Below, one piece after another: positions 9,425 to 20,000 of a stretch of DNA of 57,297 nt. This DNA comes from an uncultured Clostridia bacterium (GTDB lineage: Bacteria > Bacillota > Clostridia > TANB77 > CAG-508). A model generated the notes under the pieces. It was not told the DNA's origin. It searched no databases and was given only the letters and a program-made list of their open reading frames with translations. How positions within the stretch are numbered: the stretch's first letter is position 1; each line of letters begins with the position of its first letter. The stretch is taken from positions 1 through 57,297 of the forward strand of contig CANQDX010000005.1 of assembly GCA_947594065.1 (NCBI GenBank), written 5' to 3'. The position numbers and the translations under genes are program-made.

Positions 9425-10534
9425 TTATTTATTTCCTAGTTTTACTATAATTTGTTTCTCCTTATCGTTTCTTATAACAGTTAGTACAATTTCATCTCCA
9501 GGATTTTTACTGAAAATATATTCTTGCAATTCGCTCATTTTATTAACACTAGTATTGTCTATTCTTACAATAATATCTCCATTTTTTAATTGTGTTCCAT
9601 AAGCAGGTCCATCTTCAGTAATTTTTTCTACATAAATACCATTAGCTAAATTAATATTTTTATCTATATATGACATCACCGAGCCATCGTAAGCAAAGAT
9701 ACCTAAATAAGCTTCCTTAAACTCTCCTGTTGTTTCATATTTTTCTATAACTGGTTTTATTATATTAATTGGAATAGCAAAACCAATTCCTTCTGCCGAA
9801 GTTATTTTAATTGTATTAATTCCTATTATATTTCCTTCCTTATCAATCAACGGACCTCCACTATTTCCAGGATTAATGGTGGCATCTGTTTGAATTAAAT
9901 TACTCATATATGAATATGTCTCGTCATCATTTTTTATTTTTACTGTTCTATTTACTGCACTAATAATTCCAGCTGTTACTGTTCGCTGAAATTCATATCC
10001 TATAGGATTTCCTATTGCATACACTTCTTCACCCACACGAACACTATTTGAATTTCCTATTGTTGCAATTTTAGGAAAAATTTCATTTACTTTAATAATC
10101 GCTAAATCAATGTCGTTATTTGCCCATATAATTTTTCCATTATATGTTTTTCCGCTTTTGACAGTTACATAGCAATTTTTGTTTGCATCTCCAGCCACGT
10201 GTTGGTTTGTTAAAATATAGCCTTTTTCAGATATAATAATTCCTGAGCCTAGTCCTAAATTTTCAGATGCGCCAGATAAAAAAACAGAAGTGCTTATATT
10301 ACGCATTTTTGAAATTCCTACTACACAATCTGATACTTTTTCGATAATAGAAGAAATATCTTCTTGATTTTCTTTTGGCTCTTCTTCTGCTGATAGCTTT
10401 GTTCCATACGTTTCATTTTGATTTGAAACTTTTTGTATTTCCATATAAAATTGATAGATAAAAATAGATAAAAAAGCAATTAAAAATATTGTAAATATTT
10501 TTTTAAATATATATTTTATTTTTCCTTTTCTCAC
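9425..10534 (-). CDS. htrA: HtrA/DegP-type serine protease with PDZ domain
   Basis: GSGII, TNQHV, DLAII and IQTDATINPGNSGGPL motifs; C-terminal PDZ. Confidence 0.92.
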   Translation of the reverse strand: MRKGKIKYIFKKIFTIFLIAFLSIFIYQFYMEIQKVSNQNETYGTKLSAEEEPKENQEDISSIIEKVSDCVVGISKMRNISTSVFLSGASENLGLGSGIIISEKGYILTNQHVAGDANKNCYVTVKSGKTYNGKIIWANNDIDLAIIKVNEIFPKIATIGNSNSVRVGEEVYAIGNPIGYEFQRTVTAGIISAVNRTVKIKNDDETYSYMSNLIQTDATINPGNSGGPLIDKEGNIIGINTIKITSAEGIGFAIPINIIKPVIEKYETTGEFKEAYLGIFAYDGSVMSYIDKNINLANGIYVEKITEDGPAYGTQLKNGDIIVRIDNTSVNKMSELQEYIFSKNPGDEIVLTVIRNDKEKQIIVKLGNK

Positions 10535-10626
10535 AATATCACCTTAAATGCATTATAACCATTTTCTTGTAATTTTATTGCGATAAAATCATAAAATTAA
10601 ATATATTCTTTGTTATGTGAGGGACT

Positions 10627-11628
10627 ATGTTAAAAATTATTTTTGTACTAATAGGAACTTTTGTTGGAGCAGGTTTTGCCTCTGGAAAAGAAGTATTTAA
10701 TTTTTTTTCTGTATATAAATTTAATAGTTTTATATCAATTATTATTTTTTCTATATTACTTTTTTTTGTAATTTATAAATGTTTTAAAATAAAAATTAAA
10801 TTTAATATAAATAGTTATAATGAATTTATGTCTTTTTTAGAAAAAAAATATAAATTCTTTAATTCTCATTTCTCTAATTTCATTATTCATATTTTTTTGG
10901 CTGCTTCTTTTTATATTATGATAATAGCTTTATCTTCTTTGTTTTCCTATCAATTAAATATAGCAAAATATATAACAATTTTTATTACAATTTTTATTTG
11001 TTTTTTAATATTATATAAAAAAAATATTAATTTTATTTATATAATTAATTCTATATTAATGCCTATTTTAATTTTATTTATAATCTCTTTATGTTCTTTT
11101 AATATAAATTTAAACAATATTTCATTTATGGAATCAAATAATATAAATATTTTATTTATTTCAATATTTTATGGGTTATTATATTTTAGTTATAATAGTT
11201 TATTAATAATACCTATAATTTTTGATTTAAAATTAAACTTTAAAAAAAATATAGTATTTAAAATTTCTCTTCTTTTTGCTATTACTATTTTTATTCTTGT
11301 TTTTGGTGTAAATTTATTACTTTTATGTTTTTATGAACAAATTAAAAATTTAGAATTACCAATTTTATATATTTCAAATTTATCATTTTTTTCTTTTATG
11401 TATTTTTTTATTGTTCTATCAGCTATTTTTACAACAATGATTTCTTCTGGATATGCATTTATTAATAGTTGGAATATGAAACATTTTAAATTAAAATTAA
11501 TTGTATTTTTATTATTATCTTTTGTTTTTGGGGCCTTTTCTTTTTCTTCATTAATTAATTTCTTCTATCCTATATTTGGATTGATTGGTTTTTTACAAAT
11601 ATTTTTAATATTATTTGATAGGTCTTGA
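10627..11628 (+). CDS. YkvI-like polytopic membrane protein
   Basis: N-terminal IGTFVGAGFASGKEV motif, about 10 TM segments, C-terminal FSSLINFFYPIFG. Confidence 0.8.
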   Translation: MLKIIFVLIGTFVGAGFASGKEVFNFFSVYKFNSFISIIIFSILLFFVIYKCFKIKIKFNINSYNEFMSFLEKKYKFFNSHFSNFIIHIFLAASFYIMIIALSSLFSYQLNIAKYITIFITIFICFLILYKKNINFIYIINSILMPILILFIISLCSFNINLNNISFMESNNINILFISIFYGLLYFSYNSLLIIPIIFDLKLNFKKNIVFKISLLFAITIFILVFGVNLLLLCFYEQIKNLELPILYISNLSFFSFMYFFIVLSAIFTTMISSGYAFINSWNMKHFKLKLIVFLLLSFVFGAFSFSSLINFFYPIFGLIGFLQIFLILFDRS

Positions 11629-11680
11629 AAAATTACGATAAAACTGATATAAATTAATAAAAGAGAAAAAGGAGAAAAAA

Positions 11681-12844
11681 ATGGCTATTGTAAAATTCCC
11701 TTCACAGGAAATAAATAAAAAAAAGGTTATTATTTGTTCAATAATTGGTTGCATTTTATTAATACTTATTATATTAGGTTTCATTTATTTTTTTAATGCT
11801 TCTTTTAGAAGATTTACTGATATTTATATTTTTAGGAAAGAAGTTAAGTCTAATAATTTGCCTTTTATTGAAATTTCTTCCGATGAAGATCAATATTTTT
11901 TTGCTTATGATAAATACATTGTTTTATTAAACAAAAACGTATTATATAATTATACATCTTCTGGACAAGTAGTTGCAGAAAATGATATTAGTATTACTTC
12001 CCCCATTTTTTCTAGCAATAATAAATTCCTTGCTATTGCAGAAAATGATGGAAATAATTTATATTTACTTTCCGGAACAAATATCGTTTGGCAAAATACA
12101 ATTGATAGAAATATAGCAAAAATCAATGTTAATAAAAATGGATATGTTTCTGTTATTTCAAGTGATAAATCTGTCGTTGTAATTTTTGATTCAAAAGGCA
12201 ATGAGTTATTTAGAGCTTATCTTTCAAGTAATAATATTGCTATTGATGTTGATATTTCTTATGACAATAAATATTTATCTATAGCTGAAATAAACTACTC
12301 TGGATCAATTATTAAATCAACTGTTAAAAATATATCTATAGAAAAAGCTAAAACAGATCCAACTAATTCTGTTATTTACACTTATTCTTTAAAAGAAAAT
12401 ATTTTAGCTACAAACATTGAATATCAAGATAGAGATAATCTTATTTGTATGTGTAATGATGGAGTTTACTGTTTAAATCTTAATGACTTTTCAGATAAAA
12501 AAATATTAGAAATAGATGATTATGAGTTTGTTGACATTCATTTAAAAAATCACTTTGTTTACACTTATACAAAAAACTATGGATTTAGTAGTACAACTAC
12601 TGTTTCTATTTTTAATATACAAAATGCTTCTATAAATAAATACGAATTTAAAGGAAGTATTAAATCAATTTATGCTAATGAAGATAAAATTGCTATTAAT
12701 ACAGGCCTAGAAATTTACTATATTGGATTAAATGGATGGTTAATTAAAAAATACGACTCTTACAATGAAATTAATAATATTGTTATTGGAAATAATATTG
12801 CTGGTATTATTTATAAAAATAAAATTGAAATAATTGAAATTTAA
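11681..12844 (+). CDS. DUF5711-like membrane-anchored beta-rich protein
   Basis: N-terminal TM helix and beta-propeller-like repeats (INVNKNGYVSV); lies next to cvpA as in other Clostridia. Confidence 0.65.
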   Translation: MAIVKFPSQEINKKKVIICSIIGCILLILIILGFIYFFNASFRRFTDIYIFRKEVKSNNLPFIEISSDEDQYFFAYDKYIVLLNKNVLYNYTSSGQVVAENDISITSPIFSSNNKFLAIAENDGNNLYLLSGTNIVWQNTIDRNIAKINVNKNGYVSVISSDKSVVVIFDSKGNELFRAYLSSNNIAIDVDISYDNKYLSIAEINYSGSIIKSTVKNISIEKAKTDPTNSVIYTYSLKENILATNIEYQDRDNLICMCNDGVYCLNLNDFSDKKILEIDDYEFVDIHLKNHFVYTYTKNYGFSSTTTVSIFNIQNASINKYEFKGSIKSIYANEDKIAINTGLEIYYIGLNGWLIKKYDSYNEINNIVIGNNIAGIIYKNKIEIIEI

Positions 12845-12861
12845 TAGGAAGGAGGTTAATT

Positions 12862-13476
12862 ATGAATTACTTAATAGATATCATTATTTTATTTATTATT
12901 GCGCTATTTACATTTATCAGTTATAAAAAAGGCTTAATAAAAGTAGTTTTTCATTTAGTTAGTTTCGTCCTTGCAATTTTAATTGCAATCGTTTTATATA
13001 AACCAGTTTCTAATTTAATTATTAACTACACTTCTATTGATGATAAAATTGAAGAAACCATAGAAGCAAGGTTATCTTCACCAGATATAACACAAGAAGA
13101 ATCTGAAAACATTCTTGCTAACTATTATACTAATATGAAGAATGTTTCCTCTATAACAGCAGCTAGAACAATTTCAACCGCAATTATTAACGCATCTTGT
13201 ATGATTATTGTTTTTCTAATTTCAAAGATTATACTTTTATTTTTCAGATTTTCTGGTGATTTAATCGCTAAATTACCATTAATTAAACAAATTAATGGAG
13301 TTGGTGGTTTTATATATGGTTTATTAAAAGGATTTGTAATTGTATATATTTTACTTGCAATTGTTGCTATTCTTTCCCCTGTAATAGAGATGAATGGCTT
13401 ATTAAACTTAATTAATTCTTCTATTATTGCAAACATTATGTATAATAATAATATTATTTTTGTATTGTTTACTTAG
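12862..13476 (+). CDS. CvpA (colicin V production) family membrane protein
   Basis: IDIIIL...YKKGLIK start and LPLIKQINGVGGFIYGLLKG motif. Confidence 0.85.
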   Translation: MNYLIDIIILFIIALFTFISYKKGLIKVVFHLVSFVLAILIAIVLYKPVSNLIINYTSIDDKIEETIEARLSSPDITQEESENILANYYTNMKNVSSITAARTISTAIINASCMIIVFLISKIILLFFRFSGDLIAKLPLIKQINGVGGFIYGLLKGFVIVYILLAIVAILSPVIEMNGLLNLINSSIIANIMYNNNIIFVLFT

Positions 13477-13539
13477 TATTGATATTTTTTATATTTTTTG
13501 TTATACTTTGATATACAGTACACAATAAGGAGAAAAAAA

Positions 13540-14784
13540 TTGGAGAAAAAAAATAATCAAAAAATAAAGAAACATAAATGGTTAAAAAGATTTATATTAA
13601 TTATTTTACTAATTATATTAGTCATTATAGGATATTTTGTTTTTGGAACGATAAAAAATGGTGGGGGTAAATCTGGTTTTGTTATGACTGCACTTGGCCA
13701 AACACAAGAAGAAGTTCAAAAATTGGAACCATTTTCAGCTTTGCTTTTAGGAAGTAGCCAAAATCTAACAGATACCATAATGGTATTTAAGTATAATCCT
13801 CAAACGCAAAAAGCATATTTAATATCTATTCCAAGAGATACATATGTTGGAAATAATAAAAATAAAGCAACTGCAAGTGAAAAAATAAATTCGCTTTATC
13901 AAGGTCAGTATCCAGAAAAAACTTTGAAGGCTGTAAATAAAGTAACCGGTCTTAATTTAGAATATTACATAATCGTTGATACAGATGCTCTAAAAGTATT
14001 GGTTGACACTATCGGAGGCGTTTACTTTGATGTTCCTATCGATATGAAATATACTGATAAAAAACAAGATTTACACATTAATTTAAAAAAAGGATATCAA
14101 CTTTTAGATGGAGATAAAGCAGAACAGCTTGTTAGATTTAGACATAATCAAAATGGTACAAGCTATTCTTTTGAATATGGCGATAACGATATTGGTAGAA
14201 TGAAAACCCAAAGAAATTTCTTAAAAGCAGTAATTGAACAAACAGTTACATTAGGAAATATAACAAACATTGGAAAATTCATAGATATTGCCCAAACATA
14301 TATAAAAACGAATATTCCAATAAATTTAATAAAACAATACATTGCTCCTGCTGTTAGCTTTTCAACTGATAATTTAGAAACAGGTAGCTTACCTGGAGCA
14401 TCTGAAAAATGCAATGGTGTTTGGCTATATATTGCAAATACAACCAAAACAAAAAAATATTTTACTGAAATGAATAATCGCTTAGCAAATATTGATGAAA
14501 TTTCAGAAGAAGAATTATCTAATATAAAAATTGAAATCTTAAATGGTTCAGGAAAAACTGCATCTCTTACAAAGGCAAAAGAACTATTAAAAAATGCTGG
14601 ATTTAATGTTTCAAAAGTAGGTAACACCAATACTACACAAAAAACATCAATTATTAATAAATCCAATACACAAGAAGATATTTTATCTTCTATTCAAAAT
14701 TTATTAGAAGTAGGAACCGTTTCTTCTTCTAGTGCTACATCTACAGTTGATATTACAATTATATTAGGAAAAGATTTTAATTAG
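13540..14784 (+). CDS. LCP (LytR-CpsA-Psr) family protein with LytR_C domain
   Basis: TDTIM, SIPRDT, LVRFRH, DIGRMKTQ and IEILNGSG...DITIILGKD motifs; TTG start after AAGGAG. Confidence 0.92.
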   Translation: MEKKNNQKIKKHKWLKRFILIILLIILVIIGYFVFGTIKNGGGKSGFVMTALGQTQEEVQKLEPFSALLLGSSQNLTDTIMVFKYNPQTQKAYLISIPRDTYVGNNKNKATASEKINSLYQGQYPEKTLKAVNKVTGLNLEYYIIVDTDALKVLVDTIGGVYFDVPIDMKYTDKKQDLHINLKKGYQLLDGDKAEQLVRFRHNQNGTSYSFEYGDNDIGRMKTQRNFLKAVIEQTVTLGNITNIGKFIDIAQTYIKTNIPINLIKQYIAPAVSFSTDNLETGSLPGASEKCNGVWLYIANTTKTKKYFTEMNNRLANIDEISEEELSNIKIEILNGSGKTASLTKAKELLKNAGFNVSKVGNTNTTQKTSIINKSNTQEDILSSIQNLLEVGTVSSSSATSTVDITIILGKDFN

Positions 14785-14812
14785 AAATTTCGTAAAATTT
14801 TTCTATTAAATA

Positions 14813-14840
14813 AAAAAAGAGGCTATTTAGCCTCTTTTTT
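14813..14840. terminator. Bidirectional intrinsic terminator
   Basis: AAAAAAGAGGCT-ATTT-AGCCTCTTTTTT between convergent genes. Confidence 0.85.
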
Positions 14841-14859
14841 GTTTGATAAGAAATTTATT

Positions 14860-16146
14860 TTACTTTTTTCCGTGTTTTTTATATTTTTTCTTGCTTTTTT
14901 TCAAACAATATATTATATATATAATAAATGCTACAATTAATAATCTTATTATAATTGATAACATTTTAGATTCTTCCACATCTGTTCCTGCTATTAAATT
15001 CGTAGAATAAGATATTCCTTCATATTCATAATTTATTTTTCCAATTATTTGGCCCTTTTGTATTGGTGCTCTTAAATTATTGTATTCTACTATTTTCTCT
15101 ATATTTTGTGTTGCATTTGTATCGTTTTTTTCTTGTAAAATCTGAACATCACTTTCATACAAAACGTCTAACATCTTTGTATCTTTAGTTGCATTATTTA
15201 TTTTAACTGTCTCGTATTTTTCATTTTTTACCGCAATATGATTATTTTCATAATTTTTAAATGCATATTCAAACATTTCTTTTGCATCTAAAAATTTCTT
15301 TCCTTTTACACTTGCATTTTCTCCCATTACAATTGCTGTTAATTCTATTCCGTCTTTTTGCGCAAATTCTACAACACAATTTTTAGCTTCACCTGTATAA
15401 CCTGTTTTCCCACCAATACAATAATCACAATAATATTTACTTAAATTTTTTTGTTTCATATAATTGGTTGATGTAAAAACTCTTTTAGTCTTTGTATATT
15501 TTTCCGTGTTATTTAATGTAAAACTTGTTGTACCTATAATTTTTTTAATAAGGCTTTTAGATATTGCTTCTTTTGCGATTAAAAAAAGATCTCTTGTTGT
15601 TGTGTAGTGCGTTTTTTGGTGCAAGCCACTTGGATTTGTAAAATTTGTTCCAGTGCATCCCAACTCTTTTGCTCTAGTATTCATCATTGCTGAAAAGCTT
15701 TCTATACTTCCACCAACGTGCTCTGCCAAAACATTTGCCGCATCATTCGCAGATGGGATGAGCATTACATACATTAAATCTTCTATTGTTAGTTCTTCTC
15801 CAACTTGTAAGTTTGCATTTACATATCCTGAAGGCACACTTTTTACTGCATTTTCACTAACAACTGCTATATCATCAAGTTCACAATTTTCTACAACTAA
15901 AATAGCTGTCATTAGTTTTGTAATACTAGCAGGATATATTTTTTCATCTGCTTTTTTCTCGTATAAAATTTTACCAGTTTTCGTTTCTGCAAGTAATAAA
16001 TTTGGTGCTTTTATATCTTCAAATATGTCTTTTTCTACAATTGAGCTCTGTTTATTATCTTTATCTGTTACCTCAACGCTGTTACCAAAACAAAGAATTG
16101 GTAAAAGTAGACTTGTTATTAGTATTAGTACAATTTTTTTCTTCAT
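14860..16146 (-). CDS. D-alanyl-D-alanine carboxypeptidase (peptidase S11, DacA-like)
   Basis: PASITK (SxxK), SAN (SxN) and KTG motifs; signal peptide and C-terminal TM. Confidence 0.93.
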   Translation of the reverse strand: MKKKIVLILITSLLLPILCFGNSVEVTDKDNKQSSIVEKDIFEDIKAPNLLLAETKTGKILYEKKADEKIYPASITKLMTAILVVENCELDDIAVVSENAVKSVPSGYVNANLQVGEELTIEDLMYVMLIPSANDAANVLAEHVGGSIESFSAMMNTRAKELGCTGTNFTNPSGLHQKTHYTTTRDLFLIAKEAISKSLIKKIIGTTSFTLNNTEKYTKTKRVFTSTNYMKQKNLSKYYCDYCIGGKTGYTGEAKNCVVEFAQKDGIELTAIVMGENASVKGKKFLDAKEMFEYAFKNYENNHIAVKNEKYETVKINNATKDTKMLDVLYESDVQILQEKNDTNATQNIEKIVEYNNLRAPIQKGQIIGKINYEYEGISYSTNLIAGTDVEESKMLSIIIRLLIVAFIIYIIYCLKKSKKKYKKHGKK

Positions 16147-16270
16147 TATTATATTCCCCAATTTCTATATTAATTTTACCGTAGCAAATTTTCAATTTAA
16201 ATCGTTTTTTATACTATATATTATCTTTAAATTTTTTTCAAGAGTTATCAATAAAAAGGAGTGATTTATT

Positions 16271-16921
16271 ATGTTAGATTCATTATCAAAAAAACAAAAA
16301 ATTATCTTTGTAATCGTTTTATTTATTATGGTTTTATTTATTTTATTTTATATTTATTCCACATTATATAAAAATAATTTTAATTTTGAAACTTCTGAGG
16401 AAGAAAATATTTTATCAAATGATAATACAATTGTAGAAAACACTGCAAATTCCAATTCATCTGATGAAAACATTACAGATAATGCTATTATTGTTTATAT
16501 ATGTGGCGCTGTAAAGGAAAGTAAAGTAATTTCATTAAAAGAAGATAGTAGAATTGCTGATGCAATTGAAGCTGTTGGAGGATTAACCCAAGATGCTGAT
16601 TTAACAAATATTAATTTAGCTTATATTTTAGAAGATGGCGAGAAAATTTATATTCCTAAAAAAGGAGAAAAAATAGAAGAAACCGATTCATCAGTAAATA
16701 CTTCTTCTCAGGCCACCTCTAAATTGCAGAAAATAAATATTAACAATGCTTCTCAAACTGAATTAGAAACTATTCCTGGAATTGGACCTTCCACAGCATT
16801 AAAAATTATTAATTATCGCAAAGAAAACGGAAAATTTTCTACCATTGAAGACATTAAAAATGTTTCTGGTATTGGTGATGCAAAATATGAAAGTATGAAA
16901 GATTATATTTGTGTTAAATAA
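16271..16921 (+). CDS. comEA: Competence DNA receptor ComEA
   Basis: TM anchor, SLBB domain (VYICGAV) and HhH domain (KININNASQTELETIPGIGPSTA). Confidence 0.92.
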   Translation: MLDSLSKKQKIIFVIVLFIMVLFILFYIYSTLYKNNFNFETSEEENILSNDNTIVENTANSNSSDENITDNAIIVYICGAVKESKVISLKEDSRIADAIEAVGGLTQDADLTNINLAYILEDGEKIYIPKKGEKIEETDSSVNTSSQATSKLQKININNASQTELETIPGIGPSTALKIINYRKENGKFSTIEDIKNVSGIGDAKYESMKDYICVK

Positions 16922-17022
16922 GATGCTGACACATCGCTATTTTTCCAGTCTTTTACATTTGACAAATCCTTATTTTAGCGGTAAAATTAAGCTTGAATAT
17001 ATAGGCTTTTTAGGAGGATTTT

Positions 17023-20000
17023 ATGAGCGAAAATATATTACACGTTGGGCTTGATGTAGGATCTACGACTGTTAAAATAGTAATAATGAATAATAATTTA
17101 GAAACAATATATACAAATTATAGAAGGCATTTTTCAGATACCAAAAACACGGTATGTAATGTATTAGAAGAACTAGTCAGAGATTATGCTGATTTTAAAT
17201 TTACCATTGCATTAACTGGCTCAGGAGCAATGTCTGCCGCTTCTTTTTTAAACTTACCGTTTATACAGGAAGTTGTTTCTTGTAAAAGAGCTGTTGAGAA
17301 ATATATACCTCAAACAGATGTAGTAATTGAACTTGGTGGAGAAGATGCCAAAATTATTTATTTCGATAAATCCATTGAGCAACGTATGAATGGGACTTGT
17401 GCTGGTGGTACTGGTGCATTTTTAGACCAAATGGCTTCTTTATTACATACAGATACAGCAGGCTTAAATGAACTTGCTAAAAATCACAATACTATTTATC
17501 CAATTGCATCAAGATGTGGCGTTTTTGCAAAAACAGATATTCAGCCATTGATAAATGAAGGTGCTGCAAAAGAAGATATTGCTGCCTCTATTTTTCAAGC
17601 GGTTGTTAATCAAACCATCAGTGGCCTAGCCTGCGGAAGACCTATAAGGGGAAAAATTGCCTTCTTGGGTGGACCTCTTAATTATTTATCTGAATTAAGA
17701 AATAGATTTATAGATACCTTAAATTTAAAAGATGATGAAATTATTATTCCAGAAGAGGCTCATCTTTTAGTAGCAAAAGGCGCTGTTCTAGACTCACTTT
17801 CTATGGAACCCATTTCTGCTCAAAAATTGAAGAGTAAAATACAAGTTTTAAGAATTTCAAAAGATAATGCAACAGAACCTTTAAAACCTTTATTTACAAC
17901 AGATGCAGAGTATGAACAGTTTAAGGAAAGACATAATAAAAACAAAGTTCCAAGAAAAGATTTAAAAACACACGAGGGGGATTGTTTTTTAGGAATTGAC
18001 GCTGGTTCAACAACTACAAAAATTGTTTTAATAGATAGAGAAGGAAATCTTTTATATTCTTTATATGGTAATAATGAAGGAAATCCATTAGGTAGCGTTA
18101 TTTCTATGTTAAAACAACTATATTTAGTTTTGCCTGAAAAAGCTATTATTCGTTATAGTGGAATAACAGGATATGGCGAAAAACTAATTCAAACTGCGTT
18201 AAATGTTGATTTAAACGAAATTGAAACCATTGCTCACTATACTGCTGCTAAAAAATTTATGCCTAATGTTACAAGTATAGTAGATATTGGTGGACAAGAT
18301 ATGAAATATATAAAAATGAAGGGCGATGTTATTGATAACATTATGCTAAATGAAGCTTGTTCATCTGGTTGCGGTTCTTTTATCGAAACCTTTGCAAAAA
18401 GCTTAAATTTATCTATTTCAGAGTTTGTTGAAGAAGCTTTAAAATCAAGAAGACCTGTTGATTTAGGTTCTAGATGTACTGTTTTTATGAATTCTAAAAT
18501 TAAGCAAGCCCAAAAAGAAGGATATGAAGTTGGCGATATTTCTGCAGGACTTTCTTATTCTGTTATTAAAAATGCAATTCAAAAAGTTATGAAAGTAAGG
18601 GATGTAAAAACTTTAGGTAGTCATATTGTTGTACAAGGTGGCACTTTTTATAATGATGCTGTTTTAAGAGCTTTTGAATTAATTGTTGGAAGAAATGTAG
18701 TTAGACCAGATATAGCCGGATTAATGGGTGCTTATGGTGTTGCACTTCTCGCAGAAGAACAATATGAAGCAAATTTTGATATGGAATATCATTCTTCCAT
18801 TTTAAAAACAGAAGAATTAGATAATCTAGACATTAAAGTAACCCATACTAGATGCAATTTATGCGAAAACCATTGTCTTTTAACTATCAATAAATTTAGC
18901 AATGGTAAAAAATATATTTCTGGAAATAGATGCGAAAAAGGCGCAGGTATTATATCTGAAAATCAAAATTTACCTAACATTATGAAATATAAATATGAAA
19001 GATTGTTTAATTATACGCCATTATCTGAAAGTGAAGCAACAAGAGGAACAATTGGTATTCCTAGGGTACTAAATATGTATGAAGATTATCCTTTCTGGTT
19101 CACTTTCCTTACAAAATTAGGCTTTAGGGTTGTTTTATCAGAAAAAAGCAATCGTAAAACTTATGAAAAAGGTATGGAATCTATGCCATCAGAATCTGTA
19201 TGTTATCCCGCAAAACTTTCGCACGGTCACATTATTAGTTTAATCAATGCTGGAATTACAACTATTTTTTATCCTTGTGTACCTTATTCAAGAAAAGAAT
19301 TTGAGAAAGCTGATAATAAATATAATTGTCCTATAGTTATATCTTATTCTGAGGTTTTAAAAAATAATGTAGAAGAATTAAAAGAAAAGAATATTACCTT
19401 TTTAAACCCATTCTTGCCTTTTGAACCTACAGCTCTTGCAAAAAGAATACTAGAATTACCAGAATTTAAAAAATATAATTTTAATAAAAAGGAATTGATA
19501 CAAGCAGCAATATCTGCTGAAGAAGAATATCAAAGATGTAAGGCAGATATAAGAAAAAAAGGTGAAGAAACAGTTAAATATATAGAAGAAAATAACTTAC
19601 GAGGTATTGTCTTAGCTGGACGTCCATATCACGTCGATCCAGAGGTAAATCACGGTATCGATACTTTAATTACTAGTCTTGGATTATGCGTTTTAACAGA
19701 AGACAGCATTTCGCATCTAGCTAAACTAGATAAAAAATTAAGAGTAGTTAATCAATGGGTATATCACTCAAGACTATATGCAGCGGCTGAATTCGTTGGT
19801 ACTCACGACAATTTAGAACTAGTACAATTAAATTCATTTGGTTGTGGTGTTGATGCTGTCACTACAGACCAAGTAGAAGAAATTTTATCAAGTTTCGAAA
19901 AAATGTATACTTTAATAAAAATAGATGAAATCAATAATTTAGGAGCAGTACGAATTAGAATTCGTTCTCTTTTAGCAAGTATGAATAGACGTATATCAAA